A stretch of DNA of 38,990 nt, taken from NCBI RefSeq assembly GCF_041956535.1, contig NW_027192219.1, positions 19,393-58,382 of the forward strand. The letters run 5' to 3'. A program made the translations under genes and the position numbers. Shown here one piece after another: positions 38,507 through 38,990 of the stretch; within the stretch, counting starts at the first letter, position 1, and every line of letters starts with the position of its first letter. Source of the stretch: Calcarisporiella thermophila CBS 279.70 (lineage: Eukaryota > Fungi > Calcarisporiellomycota). Under the pieces are notes generated by a model. It made no database searches. It had not been told where the DNA came from and saw only the letters and a list, made by a program, of their open reading frames with translations.

Positions 38507-38990
38507 TTTTTTTTTTGATCAATGCCGAGTCTTTATTGTATAGGAAGACTCTAAAATACAATTGTTACATTCTCATAAGCAATAAAGTGAAAGGGAAGCC
38601 AAAGTTAAAGCTTTGTGTGATATCGTAGATCGAAATGATATGTTGGTCATATCGACTTTTAGCTCAAATAGGTAAGGGAATGGTGAAACTCAACTAACTG
38701 TGGATATCAAAGGATAGCAGGAGAAGTGGGGTGGGTAGTAAACAAATGGAAGCAGAGGATAGGAAGGGGATAAGGTAGGGATTACTGCGTTATCCCAGTA
38801 TCAGTGCCGCTCCGATCGCTCCTTCTCTAACCGCACCCAGCTTGCACCACCTTCTTCGAAACTGTTCGATTTGCCGGTTTTTTCGTGCTCGGATTAGTTC
38901 GGCTCCTATCACTTCCTCAATATCTAGTTTGGCCCGGCTGATGATTATTTCGGGTGAGGCTCGGGTGCTTTCGAAATGGAAGGCGATCCG
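38507..38990 (-). mobile_element. 3' end of a LINE (L1/Tx1-like ORF2 C-terminus, 3' UTR, poly(A)), truncated by the window edge
   Basis: Open frame 38990-38790 RIAFHFESTRASPEIIISRAKLDIEEVIGAELIRARKNRQIEQFRRRWCKLG...* resembles the R...F....F...W tail of L1/Tx1 ORF2. It is followed by a ~270-nt UTR with AATAAA and ATTGATC-A10. Confidence 0.65.

Overview
Gene-dense fungal nuclear DNA with short (~50-80 nt) spliceosomal introns. An EHD-family gene, a Zn2Cys6 factor and E2F/SBF-like promoter sites suggest an early-diverging fungus, probably Mucoromycota (inference). Gene order: a compact core-histone quartet (H3<- ->H4, H2B<- ->H2A), VMA12-like, secreted M28 leucine aminopeptidase, SWC4/DMAP1, ataxin-2/PBP1, an assembly gap, then a less conserved block (Zn2Cys6 factor, intronless orphan ORF, small secreted 6-Cys protein, ~475-nt structured non-coding segment, orphan gene). 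After that come XLF/NEJ1, a RING-H2 E3 ligase, tRNA-Lys(CTT), SDH3, STE20/PAK kinase, an EH-less EHD ATPase and mitochondrial TrpRS. Each end of the window carries a ~97% identical copy of a tRNA-derived SINE, in opposite orientations and just downstream of a LINE-like poly(A) end. The most interesting unexplained signals are: the candidate structured ncRNA at 20467-20940; the 47-bp inverted-repeat H2A/H2B promoter; three retroposition events stacked at one site near 38100-38990; and two small proteins the ORF track misses or truncates. All exon boundaries and pairings were derived by eye, with no database searches.
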